A DNA stretch of 64,000 nucleotides from Octopus vulgaris (taxonomy: Eukaryota). The position numbers and the translations under genes are program-made. The notes under the pieces were generated by a model, which was given only the letters and a program-made list of their open reading frames with translations, was not told the origin of the DNA and made no database searches. The stretch is from contig OX597829.1 in the NCBI GenBank assembly GCA_951406725.2, forward strand, positions 37,386,001-37,450,000, written 5' to 3'. Below, piece after piece: positions 24,703 to 38,950 of this stretch (the first letter of the stretch is position 1; every line of letters starts with the position of its first letter).

Positions 24703-24980
24703 CACATTGCATAATATAGTCATTCACACGCCTGTGTGTGTGTGTGTATATATATATTTCGTTTTTGGATTTGGTTTGCAAGATTCTTCATGTGAGTTCG
24801 TGTGTTGAAGCCTATTCTGTTGTGTCTGGGGAGAGTCATTCTCTTTTGGTGCTTTATAATTTAACACACTCACCAGTAAAATTTCCACTTATTTCTTTTT
24901 TATTTTTCTAAAATTTTCACCGGTGAGTGTGTTAAATTATAAGGCACCAAAAGAGAATGACTCTCCCCAGACACAGCAAC

Positions 24981-25023
<43 letters not shown>

Positions 25024-25267
25024 TGAGGGAATATTATTCCTAACTTACAGGGAAAAATTCAATTTAGAAATACTAAATCAAATTTCACAAAATATAATAT
25101 ATATATAAAAATTAGAAAAAAAACACCTTTTATTAATTCAAAATGAACAATAAAATTACACCATCTAGAAAATTACATATAATAGAAATATTAAAAATAA
25201 AATAATAATATACTGATGATTAAGTAAATTGCAAAATAATAATAAAAACGTATATATTTGGTAGAAT

Positions 25268-25370
25268 AACAACACTTGTTTCGTAGCTATATTTAAGAAA
25301 TGATTATAGTAAAAAAATTAATAGTAGTAGTAAAATCACTTCGATATGAATATAGCCACTCATCAGGTTA
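25268..25370 (-). ncRNA. Degenerate hammerhead motif with long stem II
   Basis: AAC-CTGATGA-GTGGCTATATT...AATATAGCTAC-GAAAC-AA-GT. Confidence 0.45.
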
Positions 25371-25488
25371 AAAATAAACTACAATAATAAAATAATGACA
25401 TCGACCCCAGTGGTCACCCAAAAAACAACGAAAAGCAAAGTCAACCTCAGTAGCATTTGAATAACGATAATAATAAATGTCTTTGCAG

Positions 25489-25638
25489 GAGAAGATGTCT
25501 CTGTTCTATGCTGAAGAAGAAGAAGTTGACAACCGAGATGCCCACCAGGATCTAACATTATACAAACGATCTTGTTCAGAGATCCTGAAACTGATCCAAG
25601 TTATAAAAGAGTTGAAAACTAGTAAATCAAAAGAAGCG
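25489..25638 (+). CDS. THOC5: THOC5 exon 2 (EKMSLFYAEEEEVDNRD...SKEA)
   Basis: tttgcag| and GCG|gtaagt; matches THOC5 YxEExEVDxRD...LYKxxC. Confidence 0.93.
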
Positions 25639-26467
25639 GTAAGTATTTAATTACTGAATTTTCATTAGCCAAACATCTTATATATAAATATCAAATGCCG
25701 GACTTATTCATGTATAATATTCACATTTTTAAACCTTTTCATTCTAAACATTAGAGCTGTATCTTATACATAAAAGCTAAATGTTACATATTTTCCCATC
25801 ACAGATGTGTGACCATAATCAGAATGTTTCCACTTGAAGTCAGATATTTCATTTATTCATACAAGCACATGTTTAACTGTAACAGAAAGTTTAAATCTCT
25901 ATCACATTCCTCTGGAAGTGAACAACACATTAACCCCTTTAACGTTCAAATTATTCTGTCAAAAGTAATGCTTATTTATTCACGTTCATCATCATCATCA
26001 TCATCATGTGTCTTCTTTCCACGCTGGCATGGGTTTGGCAGTTTGACTGGGACCAGTAAGCCAGAGAGCTGTACCAGGCTCCAGTCTGTTTTGGCTTGGT
26101 TTCTACAGCTGCATGCCCTTCCTAATGCCAACCACTCCACAGAATGTAGTGGATGCTTTCTATGGGTCCCTTTTAACATGTCACCAGCACTGGCTGTGAC
26201 TACAATTTCACTAAGCTTGACACGTCTTCTCAAGCACAGCAAATCACCAACAGTCTCGGTCACTTACTATTGCCTCTTTGAAATCATGCATTATCTCATA
26301 ACTTTGAGATTTTGTTGAGGTAACTTAATTTTTAGAATGCTATTTGTAGGGTTGGTATGAAAGGCTAGATTTGGCTAGCTTGATCATAAAGCAGATAGAA
26401 TATTTGAGTCAGATATGGCCATTTTAAATGCTAAAAGGTTAAATATATGTTATATTTCATAAATGTG

Positions 26468-26740
26468 TGGAGGCGCAATGGCCCAGTGGTTAGGGCAGCA
26501 GACTCGCGGTCGTAGGATCGTGGTTTCAATTCCCAGACTGGGCGTTGTGAGTGTTTATTGGGCGAAAGCACCTAAAGCTCCACAAGGATCCAGCAGGGGG
26601 TGGTGGCGATCCCTGCTGTACTCTTTCGCCACAACTTACACTCTTTCTTCTGTTGGCCTGCTCGCTTAGCCAGCGATGTGTAGCAACATCTGATAGCTTG
26701 GTCAGTCACGTGATCACGTGATTTCATAAGTAACGCACTA
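26468..26740 (+). mobile_element. tRNA-derived SINE of another family
   Basis: tggcccagtggttag A box and ggtttcaattccc B box followed by a non-tRNA body. Confidence 0.6.
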
Positions 26741-27145
26741 AATATGTGCTTTATTTCATGGCTATGTGGTGTAGAGGTTTGCTTCCCAACCATGTGATTT
26801 CAGACTCATTCATACTGTATGGCATCTTGGGCAAGTGTCAAAGCCTTGTGAGTGGATTTGGTCAGTTGAAACTGAAAGAATCCTATCATAGCCTGTTGAA
26901 TGTGTATTTTGGTTTGTGTTCCTTCCCATGATTGTTGGAGACAAGCATCATCATCATCATTCAGATCATGTCATTTGTTTCCAGTCACCCATCAAAGCTT
27001 GTTTGGTTATAAGGAAATGTTAACCTTGCTTTGAAACAGGTGAGGGTTGGTGACAGGAAGGACATCCAGCTGTAGAAATCTGCTCTGCAAATTCTGACTT
27101 GTACAAGCATGGAAAAGGGGACATTTAAAAAATGAGGTGTGTGTT

Positions 27146-27181
<36 letters not shown>

Positions 27182-27465
27182 TGTTTTGACATCATGTCAT
27201 GGAATTAATGGGCTTTACCATCCCACAAGCAATACCATTTGTTTCCAATTTTCCTGTTATCAACAATCACACACACATACACATACAGCTATACATATGG
27301 TACAGGCATGGCTGTGTGGTAAGAAGCTTGCTTCCCAATCATATGGTTCCAGGTTCAGTCCCACTGTGTGGCACCTTAGACAAATAAATCTCTTCTACTT
27401 AAGCCTCTGGTCAACCAAAGACTTGTGAGTGGATTTAGTAGGTGGAAACTGAAAGAAACCCATTG

Positions 27466-27498
<33 letters not shown>

Positions 27499-29245
27499 AT
27501 CTTTGTGTCTGTTTTTATCCTCCACCACTGTTTGACAACAGGTGTTAGTGTACTTACATAGCCATAACTTAGCAGTTCAGCAAAGGAGGCTGATAGAATA
27601 ACTACCAAGCTTTAAAATATATATGTATAAGTACTGGAGTCAATTCATTTGACTAAAAAGGCAGTGCTCCAGCATGGCCACAGTCTAATGACTGAAACAA
27701 GTAAAAGATATAAGATATATATCATCATCATCATCGTTTAACATCTGTTTTCCATGCTAGCATGGGTTGAACGGTTCGACCAGGGCCTGGGAAGCCAGGA
27801 GGCTACACCAGGCTCCAGTCTGATCTGGCATTGTTTCTACAGCTGGATGCTCTTCCTAATGCCAACCACTCCATGAGTGTAGTGGGTGCTTTTTATGTGC
27901 CACCAGCACAGGGGCCAGAGGAGGCTGGCAAACGGTCACAATCGGTTGGTGTTTTTACGTGTCACCAACACAGACGCCAGTCAGGCGGCGCTGGCATCTG
28001 CCACGTTCGGATATATAATGAGTTTAATTCAGTTTCCATTGCCAGATCTATTCTGAACGCTTTGGTCAACCCAAAGCTATAGAAGAAGATACTTGCCCAA
28101 AGTGCTATGCAGTGGGACTGAACCTGAAACCACTTGGTTGGGAAGCAAATTTCTTAACCACATGACAAGCCTCTTTCAGCTTCTGTCTACCAGATCCACT
28201 CAGGAAGCTTTAGTCAGCCCTGAAGCTATTGTAGAAGACAATTGCCTGAGGTGGTACATATTGGGACTGCAGTTGGGAAGCAAGTTTCTCAACCACACAG
28301 TCATGTTGATAGATCTAACTAAATTCCCTTTTCCCTTATGCAATAATGCTAAAGAAAATCCAGGAAATCTCCAGATTGTAAAGCAGAAATCTTAACCACA
28401 TATTTGCGATCATGTGGATGTACACATGTTACAAGTATACATGTATGTTTAAAGTATGGCCGTTTGCCAGCCCCGTCTGGCATGTAAAAAGCACCCAGTA
28501 CACTCACAGAGTACTTGGCATTAGGAAGGGCATCCAGCCGTAGAAACACTGCCAGATCAGACTGGAGCCTGGTGCAGCCTTCTGGCCTCCCAGACCCCAG
28601 TTGAACCGTCCAACCCATGCTAGCATGGAAAGCGGATGCTAAATGATGATGATGATATGAACAAAAAATGGCAAGATGCTAATCCAAAAACAAGCTCATC
28701 CTGTTCATGCCAGCAAGAAAAGATAAATATAAAACACTAATAATGGAGGATTTACTGTGATTCAGTTTTGTCTTGCTTTCTATTATGTTTACTCTTTACT
28801 CTCTCTTTTTTTTTTTACTCTTTTTACTTGTTTCAGTCATTTGACTGCGGGAGCACCGCCTTTAGTCGAGCAAATCGACCCCGGGACTTATTCTTTGTAA
28901 GCCCAGTACTTATTCTATCGGTCTCTTTTGCTGAACCGCTAAGTGACGGGGACGTAAACACACCAGCATCGGTTGTCAAGCAATGCTAGGGGAACAAACA
29001 CAGACACACAAACATATTCACACACACTTATATATATATACATATATACGACAGGCTTCTTTCAGTTTCCGTCTACCAAATCCACTCACAAGGCATTGGT
29101 CGGCCCGGGGCTATAGCAGAAGACACGTGCCCAAGATGCCACGCAGTGGGACTGAACCCGGAACCACGTGGTTGGTTAGCAAGCTACTTACCAAACAGCC
29201 ACTCCTGCGTCTGTTTGTTTACTTTTGCCTTTTCTTTTTAACCAG

Positions 29246-29359
29246 GCTGCTGAAATTGAGGAATATAAGAGTAATGCTGTCTTGCAGTTTGTTCTTTTGA
29301 AGAAATTGAACAGACTTGCACACATACGCTGCAAGAAAGTTCGGGAATCCACAAATGAG
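29246..29359 (+). CDS. THOC5: THOC5 exon 3 (AAEIEEY...LKKLNRLAHIRCKKVRESTNE)
   Basis: LKKLNRLAHIR signature; canonical splice sites. Confidence 0.96.
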
Positions 29360-30019
29360 GTAAGAATTTCCTGCTTTTTAATTCAACAAATGTTTCTTCT
29401 TTGAGAAACTATTCTAAAAGATTTGATGAATACAAAAATCAAACTGCTTGCTCCAGCTGCTACGATAACATTTTAAAAATAAATACTCACTGTGCCACTG
29501 GTATGACATGTGATTAGAAACTTTGTTTCACAATCATGAAATTCTAGGGTCCAGTCTTACAGTATAATTTCTTGGGCATGTTTCTTCGATGTTGACTTTG
29601 GGTGAACGAAATTTAGAAGGAAACTATACAAAGCAGGTATGGATTGATGACAAGAAAGACATCTGGCTAAAGAAAATCTGTCTCAATAAGCTCTGCCCAA
29701 CCCATGCAGGCATGCAAAAGTGAACGTTGAAATGATGACAATGATATTTATATATATCATCAACATCATCATCATCATTTAACATCCGTTGTCTATGTTG
29801 GCATGGGTTGGACAGTTTGACAAGGGCTGGCAAGCTAGAAGGCTGCACCAGACTCCTGTCTGATTTGGCATGGTTTCTACAACTGGATGCCTTCCCTAAC
29901 ACCAACCACTCCAAGAGTGTAATGGATGCTTTTATGTGCCACTGGTACAGATGCTATTTGTGTGACACTCATATCTACCATGACTGTGATTTCACTTGGC
30001 TTGATGGGTCTTCTTAAGC

Positions 30020-30975
30020 ATTGCATATTGCCAGAGGTCTCAGTTACTAGTCATTGCCTCTGTAAGTCCCAAAGTTTAAAAATCATGTTTCACCACCTCA
30101 TTCCATGTCTTCTTGGGTCTACCTCTACCACAGAATCCCTCCATAGTTACAGATTGGCACTTCTCTACACAGCTGCCCTCATCCATGCGCATTATATGAC
30201 CATACTAGTGCAGTAGTCTCTTGCATACCATATCCAGTGCCTCTTATGCCTAACTTTTCTCTCAATATACTTACATTCTGTCAAACATGCACACTGACAT
30301 AGCACATCCAGTGAATCATACTGGTTTCATTTCTTTCAAGCCTATCAAGTCCTTGGATGTCACAGCCCATGTTTCACTGGCATATAGCATTGCTGTTCTC
30401 ACACAGGTATCATACAATCTGTCTTTCACTCTGTTGGGGAGGCCCTTTGTTGCCAGCAGAGGTAGGAGCTCTCTGAACTTTGCCCAGCCTATTCTTATTC
30501 TCACGGCTACGCTCTCAGAGCATCCACCTCTGCTACTAACTTGGTCACCTAGCTAATGAAAGCTATGTATTACCTCTAGCTTGCTCCCCTATTTTCTGCA
30601 TTTATTGTACCTGTGCACCTTCCACAAACAAAAGCTATTTTCCTTGTTAACCTTCCTCTGATATTGCTGCACCTCTTACATGTCCATAGCTTACAACGAG
30701 TACATCTTATGGAGTTTCTACCTATACCTTTTCTACAGCTTGAGCAGGGCCATCTACCTGAAGGGATTTGTAATTTGTCTGCCTTCTTACTTACTAAAAC
30801 TTTGGTTTTTGCTAGGTTTATTCTAAGGCCCTTCAATTCTAGACCTTGTTTCCATACCTGAAACTTCTAGTTCTGGTAGTGATTCAGCTATAAGAATAAG
30901 GACATCAGCATAGAGAAGCTCCAGGGGCAGCCCGTCTTAAATTCCTCTGTTATTGCCTAGTGTACTATGATGAAC
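30020..30975 (-). mobile_element. RTE-clade LINE ORF 3' fragment
   Basis: LLYADV, GLRINLAKTKVL, Cys-rich insert, and RIRIGWAKF...LYDTCVRTAMLYASETW. Confidence 0.88.
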
Positions 30976-30977
30976 AA

Positions 30978-32795
30978 TATTTGGTTAATGAGAGACAGAA
31001 GATGGAAGATACAAGAATTTATATTAATCACTAAAATTGTTATGACCCATCTAGCATCTATATCTTATGGGTGGGATACTTAACAACTGGTTCAGGTACA
31101 TCAAACGGTGTAGATGTGTCTCTTCAGGTGATAAATAGATATAACTCGTTAAAATAACACTTCTGCGATGTATCTTGTTATTCCTTATAAAGAAAAGCAG
31201 CAAATTAAAGGGCATGTCTTTATTTATATAGAAGATCAATAATAAAATAACAGATGCAAAAAAAGAAGCAGACACGTAATACAGTGAAAAAAGTTATTTT
31301 ATTAATGATCTTCTATTTAAATGAAGCTCTGTTCTTCAATTTGCTGCTTTTCACGAACTGAAAAGATGCATTGCAGAACTGTTATTCTAATGAGTTATGT
31401 CTATTTATCACCCGAAGAGACACATCTGCACCGTCAGATACTCCTGAACCAGTTGTTAACCCTTTCGTTACTATATTTCTGACCAAAATACACCCCTCAT
31501 GAGTTTCAATTAAATTCTAAAATAATCATGAATTTAGACTAGTTTCATTAAACAACTGTAACTATTTTACTTATCAACATATTAATGTAATATTTGGAAC
31601 ATAATTAAAGAAAGGGTTCTTAATCAATTCTGTTGCATAACTTTTGTCTCAAAGTGACTTTAATTACAAGTAAATCCAGGTAAACTGAACAAAAGGTAAA
31701 AATATTAAAATTTTGTTTAAACATTACCGTAGAAAATTAGTCCTCAGCTAATATTTAATTGAGGTATGCAACAAAATTTTTATATAGAAGAATTGTGCAT
31801 ATCGCTAGATCATCAGTTGAATTTAATGCACAACAGAACAGGTGTACCATAAAGGTGAAATAAACTGAAATACTGGAATCCACCGCAAATTTGACCGAAC
31901 TAAAGAAATTGGTCAAAAAATAATATACAGCCCTGGTTAAGGTATGGAAGTAATGAATTCCAGACCACATTGTACCATTATTTTCCCTGTATAAAACCTA
32001 AATCCACAACAGTACCCAGTATTTGCTTCACAAATTTTCCAAATTTTGATCCCTATTTTGTGTTTGCTTCCGCAGTGATCGCTTCAAACAAGCATACTGA
32101 TAAAAATAAAAGTCTAATGGTTTCGCTTCCTAAGAAAGACTATAGATAAACTCTATCTCCTCAGAAAAATTGCTAATAAAAACATTTTTAAAGTTTTTAC
32201 TTCATTCCAATGTAAAATTGTCTTTGCTGTCGCTATAGCTGCTTTGTTTCTTCAGAATCACTGCTTTCGGTTTCTGATACAGAAATATCCTATTCATTAT
32301 TGTACACCATGTGATTTTGTACCGCATTCATTCTTTTTCTCGATATCTCCCTATTTTCTGTTGAAAAAGCTTTAAATTCAGAATCAATGCTTGATAACAT
32401 GAAACTCCTATCCATTTTCAAAGTTGAAGAAAAATCGATGCCGAAAAAATGTGGGAAAAAAATCTACCAAAATTCACTGAGTTCAGATATCACGTCAAGC
32501 AATGTCGGATACTATAACCCAACTATTTACAAAGTGAATTCACGTATTTTCACAAATGTACTAACGAGATTTGTACTTAAATTCACATTCAAATAACAAT
32601 GGGTACTCTCGACCAGCTACAGGCGGGTTGGTCTTATGAACCAAAAACTTTTTCAGCTGGCTACGGCTGGGTTTGTATTGAAAGGGTTAAATATCCCACC
32701 TATGAAGGATTGTTGCTAGATGGATTAAAACAATTGTAGTGGTTAATGAAAATTCTCGTATCTTTCGTCTTCCATCTCATTTAACCAAATACATA
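30978..32795. mobile_element. Foldback (palindromic) element split by the piggyBac derivative
   Basis: 30978-31250 is the diverged reverse complement of 31290-31459 plus 32690-32795. Confidence 0.75.
31460..32686 (-). mobile_element. Internally deleted non-autonomous copy of the same piggyBac family
   Basis: TTAA on both sides; both ends are reverse complements of the 56546-59039 element ends. Confidence 0.92.
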
Positions 32796-33816
32796 TTGAA
32801 CAAAAAAAAAAAAAATACATATTGAACACCGAAAGTGATTGTGCTTTACCAGTAAGCTATCTGGTATAAACCATTCGTTTTATTATCTAACATATATACA
32901 TGTAATCATTTAAAGTTTACTCATCTATACTTGCACGGGTCAGATAGGACTACATTAGAGGGTAGAGATTTTTCTGCAGCTTGCAACCAACAGCCCGGAC
33001 ATAGTTACTTAACTGAAAACAAACAACACTATTTGGATGACAGAAAATATGAAATCACTCACACAAAATCATGTATATATATATATATATATATGCTTTA
33101 TTTAAAGCAGCAGAAAATTCAACAAAACCTGTTACTCTGAGTTTCCCGTTGCTGTTCATCGGACAGTTTTCGCTATATATATATATATAATAATAATAAT
33201 AATATTAGGGAGTAAATCCTAACTTACAGGGTAAAATTAGATTTAGGATTAAATCTAATTTTACAGTATAAATATACATATTAAATTAGAGATAAAAAAA
33301 CCACTATTAGGCAAATCAAACAGTGTTTTTCACTGTTTGATTTGCCTAATTGTTTTATCTCTAATTTAATATATATTATATATATATCTATATTGTATAG
33401 AGGGCATTATTACACATATGCCTCACACTAGGAGGGACAAAGTCATTTACCAAAAATTATACTAATCATACCCAAATGCAGTTTTTCAAAGCAAGACATT
33501 TAAAAATGAATTATGTTCTGTATCACCGTGATTTCACATACAACTTGATACAGAACATAATTCATTTTTAAATGTCTTGCTTTGAAAAACAGCATTTGGG
33601 TATGATTAGTATAATTTTTGGTAGTAATGACTTTGTCCCTCCTAGTGTGAGGCATTTATGTGTAATAATGCCCTCTATACAATATAGATATAATTAATTT
33701 GTTCAAAAGAAAAAAATTATTTTCGGATTCTTTTCTTTTATGAGGTTTTCACGCTAGCTACCCGATAATTTCTTGTTAAGATCCCTTATTAAGAGATTAT
33801 CCTTAATTGTTAAACT

Positions 33817-33870
<54 letters not shown>

Positions 33871-36800
33871 TATACACACATTTATACATACAACAAGCTT
33901 CTTCATTTCTTACCCCTTTCGCTGGGCAAGTGTCTTCTACCATAATCTTGCTTTGACCAATGAATTGTGAGTGAAATTTTACAGCCAGGAGTTTTATAGA
34001 TAGTCACCTTGCGCATCACAAAAATTTTCACTCTTTCTGTCTGCCAAAAGGTCCTTGTCTGGCAAGCTCACAGGTGCTGGTGTCACATAAATAGCCTCCC
34101 TGGCTGGTTCCACATAATAGCACTGAGTACCATGTAAAAGCGCTCAGTCCACTCTGTAAAGTGGTTGGCTTTAGGAAGGGATTGCTATTCATACTGTTTC
34201 AGTTTCTTCCCAATGGGCCTTTAGTGTAGCCTGTTTTATAATGTCATCATTTAATGCATGTTTTCAGTGCTGGCATGGCTTTGACGGTTTGACAGGAGCT
34301 GACCAGCTGAAAGGCTGTTTAGGCTCCCTGTCTGTTCTGGCATAGTTTCCATGGCTGAATGCCTTTCCTAATGCCAACCACTGTACAGTCTACTGGGTGC
34401 TTTTTACATGGCACCATCACCTACAAGCCTGCGAGATTAGGGATGCTCAGCTGGAGATGGTTGCTGGGGCTAAGCCTGTATGCAAGAACAACCACACTTT
34501 TATTTGTCCTGTAAGTAAAAGTCCTCATATGTGTGGAGAACTCAGCTGTACCTCCTTGTCCTATCCAGTATCATTGCAAATTCTCATCCGGGTACACCAT
34601 CTTGTTGAAGTACTTTAAATTTGTATAGGTGTTACCAATTTTTATCTTTAGTCTTACTAATATTTTGATAAAAATAGGTCACACTAACCTATTTTTTCTC
34701 TTAGTAAATTCATAATGATTTTTTTATTTCTTTATCCAAAAATGTTATTTCTTTCAGAGATGTACTTGCAAAGCAAGTGACCTGATCTGAGATCATGTGC
34801 TGGAACTAAAACAATTGCAGTGTGGAAGGTGTTTATAAGCCATTTAAGAAACACACTAAATCCGTTAGATTCACTTCAACATTTAAATTTAATTTGTCAA
34901 AATATTTTCGTCGCTTTAAGACTGTGACCTGTTCACTGACAAAATTTCTTTCTCTCTCTAGAATACCTATGGGAAAGGCATGAATGTCACAAAATACAGT
35001 CTATTATCCTCTTTAAATTTAAAGCTATCTGTCTAAAAAAAAAAATAATCCTTTAAATACCAGTAATATTTTGCTTATTGTTTTTCCCTTATTCTGTATT
35101 TTTATTAAAATATCTATGCTACATTTACCTTTAATGTGTTGTAACAAAAGACTTTTATTGTGTAACTTAACATATTCCTGCAATTATTTTATGCATACTT
35201 AATGCCTGCCTAATTTTTTTTTCCATTTGTTAATGTCAAGGCATATACCTTTGTAGTCGCTTTTGCTGCTTGTATAAAGTTTCATGTACTCCCAAATCAA
35301 CAATGAAGCCACTTTGTGGCTGCTTAATCTGCAAGAAATCACAGCCTGTCATCTCAAAAACAAAAAAAGAAAAAGAGAGAGAGAGAGAGAACACTTTGGA
35401 TATTGTTGCCCTGGGTGCTACTTTGATCCATAATTCTGTTTTATCCTGGGGCTAAACAATAACTGCAAATAAAATAACTCAGCCTCTTTGAACTTAGCAA
35501 TACCTCAGTGCCAAAGGTATCTGAAACACTTGCAATACTTGTACCTCCACTTTTTCCATCAAAGTGCTCATTCTCTTTGCTTGAAATAGCAACATATCAC
35601 CCATCTGCAAATCCTGCCCTTACAATTAACAGAAAATGGCTGGATCGCAATTGGGGCCTTTGGTCATCTGTTTGGTTTAATTCATTGATACTGTCAGGTA
35701 TGGCACACTAAACAGCATCTCGTTAATGATAAAAGCAGTACACAGTTGCTCAAACTGGTAGAAATAGCAACACAGTCTTCCTCAAATTGTGATTTAATGT
35801 CTTGTATATCAGAGGTGCATATTGGAAGGTGACTGGTAATAAAGTTACAGGGAGAAAAAAAAAACTCACAATTAATTTATAGGAACCAGCCCCCCCCCCT
35901 CATACAAAACCCCTGTGACTTTTTTACTTGGATTCTATTGGACAATATGGTTGTGGATATACAAAACGGTGCTAACTTTAGAAATATCTTTTATTGTAGA
36001 TCTGCGAGATCCCCAGCAGACCTACTAGCATTAAAACTCATTTTTTCATAACTCATTTCTCCATAATCACCACTAACAGCACTAAGCTTTCTTACTGAAT
36101 ACGTTCAACCCTAAAATTGCTTCCCTGTGCAACTAAGTACTTTTTGATTTTTCTCCATCCATTAACCTGCAACAGTTTAAGTTAAATATAATAGCCCCAA
36201 TATAATCCAATTAGCCCTATACATATTCTACAAGATGTATGGGTCCTATCCTGATTCCTATTGTTCCTCTTTGACAAATAATAGACAAACCTCTGAACTA
36301 ACAACAGCAAAAAAAAAGATCAAAAAGCTAATTTTATGAAGAGCCCCATGCTAGTAGGGTATTAAGAGCACCATCCGAGTCTGATCGTTGGCAGAGCGGC
36401 TATCTGGCCTCCATGCCGGTGGCATGTAAAGGACACCATTCGAGCGTGATCGTTACCAGCATCGCCTTACTGGCACCTGTGCCGGTGGCATGTGTAAAAG
36501 ATTCGAGTGAGGTCGTTGCCAGTACCGCCTGACTGGCCCCCGTGCCGGTGGCATGTAAAAGCACCCACTACACTCTCGGAGTGGTTGGCATTAGGAAGGG
36601 CATCCAGCTGTAGAAACTCTGCCAGATCAAGATTGAAGCCTGGTGCAACCATCTGGTTCGCCAGCCCTCAGTCATTCGTCCAACCCATGCTAGCATGGAA
36701 AGCAGACGTTAAACAATGATGATGATGAGGAGGAGATTAAGAATGATGAAACAGAGTTGTTGGTGTTTCATTCAGGTCAATCCTGATTCAACAGATCAAA

Positions 36801-37468
36801 GGAACTTCATATGTAATGGATCACTGTTTTGTTTTCTATTTTCTATTTCTGATGTAATATAACTAAGACTACATTTGTCTAAGCTGTTTCCTAACATGAT
36901 ACGGTGTGATTTTTAAGGGGTACACACACATGTCCATCTTATGCCAGCTTAGACAGTGAATATAAAGTGGACCCACTGTTCTTGAGGAGACCTATTGAGT
37001 CAAGTACATCAACATCAAAATAAAAATTCAAATGGAAATTGTAGTTAAGACACCCGTGCCAGTGATATGCAAAAATCACCGTCTGAATGTGGCAGATGCC
37101 AGCGGCCCCTGACTGGCGTCCGTGTCAGTGATACGTAAAAGCACCAACCGATCCTGGTTGTTTGCCAGCCTGCTCTGGCCCCTGTGTCGGTGGCACATAA
37201 AAACACCCACTACACTCACGGAGTGGTTGGTGTTAGGAAGGGCATCCAGCTGTAGAAACACTGCCAGATCAGACTGGAGCCTGGTGCAGCCTCCATGGCT
37301 TACCAGACCCCAGTCGAACCGTCCAGCCCATGCTAGCATGGAAAATGGACGTTAAATGATGATGATGATGATGATAGCAGTGTCAACATTGTTATCTTTT
37401 TAAATTTGTAAGAACATTCACTACAACTGTTTGCTTTTGTGTTATTTCTCACTTACTTCTTGTTGCAG

Positions 37469-37566
37469 GACAAATTGCGAATTGACCGTTATCACTTACA
37501 GCTGCAGAATCTTCTCTACGAAGCCTTACATTTACAGAAGGAAATTACAAAGTGCCTAGAATTTAA
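37469..37566 (+). CDS. THOC5: THOC5 exon 4 ([33 protein letters not shown])
   Basis: [24 protein letters not shown] signature; AG/GT boundaries. Confidence 0.97.
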
Positions 37567-37754
37567 GTAAGGAGTCTTTCCCTATCTTTCATTCTGATTA
37601 CAGTTAGAGTAAAGTATAGCTTCCTGTACATTAGTATAAATGATGCATTTTATTAATGGTGTATTACTTGTCTGTACAATCTTCCAGTAAATTAGTCTGG
37701 TGGCTGTGAGAATTTGATGTACCTGCTTGCAAATTTATGCAGATTATAAGAGGT

Positions 37755-37792
<38 letters not shown>

Positions 37793-37868
37793 AAACTGAC
37801 AAAGTGAGATAGATGGACCTGGTATGAGATCAATCAGCTCTGATGTGCAGAAACCATTGTATTAAAAA

Positions 37869-38260
37869 CTAGCAGTATTGCCCGGCGTTGCTCGGGTTTG
37901 TAAGGGAAATAACTATATAAGCATTTTTAGAGAGTTATAGCCAAAAAATACATTAAAAATGGAAAAAAAATTATGGTAAATTTTTTTTTAAATCGTTGAC
38001 TCATCGTAGACATTTTTAGAGAGTTACTTCCCTTATATAATAGCGAAAAAAATGCATTAAAATGAAAAAAAATAATGGTAAATTATTTTTAAAATCGTAG
38101 ACTCATCGTAGACGCGCGCTAATACCCAAAAGGGCTCGATATGAATCACGACTATAAGATACCCGGTTTTGGTTAAACTGCACCACAAAATGTGGGAGTT
38201 GTTAGGAATCTAAATCGTAGGAGACAGACACTCACACAACTTCACTTTTATTTATAAAGA
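37869..38260 (-). mobile_element. Second copy of the same Helitron
   Basis: Near-identical reverse complement of 22795-23190. Confidence 0.88.
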
Positions 38261-38569
38261 TAGAATGGCAGGGAGAGAGAGGAAACAGTACAGTTGTGGG
38301 GGTAGAGACTGAAGTGTGTTGGCGAATGATTCCTTACCAGTCAGTCAAGTAGATATGGTCACTCTGATCTGTTGAAAATTGTCATCTTTAAAATAAAAAA
38401 AATAATTTAAAAAATTTTTTAACTGCTTTAAAAAAAAGGTTTTTTGAGTTGTATTTCTAAATGTGAGAGGTAATGATTTTTTTAGAACTGAAATAGTTTT
38501 ATTAAATTTGGGGGGGAAATTTCTGTTCTATTGTTTTCATTTTATTTATTTTTTTCTCTTTTCTTTCAG

Positions 38570-38645
38570 ATCTAAAGATGAAGAAGTAGAATTGGTTCCT
38601 ATTGAAGAATTCTATGAAAATGCACCAGAAGAGATTTCAAAACCT
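38570..38645 (+). CDS. THOC5: THOC5 exon 5 (SKDEEVELVPIEEFYENAPEEISKP)
   Basis: EEFYxxAP motif; phase 2/0 consistent with neighbours. Confidence 0.95.
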
Positions 38646-38950
38646 GTAAGAATAATTGAAATTTTAGAATAGGATAGAAAAAAAAATGATAATTAACAAA
38701 TTCCCTATTACTGTGTATTGTTGTTGTTATTTAGAAGTTTTATTTCCCTGATTCTATTATCCAGTGTGTCCTTTTCTTAAGTGGGTAGGGTGTAATTTGT
38801 GAGAGGGTTGGTTACTATTTCTAACAAATCATGCATTCACATAGTTCCCCAGTTATTGTTGTATCTCCCCCCCCCTTTTTTTTTTTATACCTATGAATGT
38901 GTCCATTTACTGCAATCTTTGTTTTAACAACTTTTCTCTTATAATTGCAG

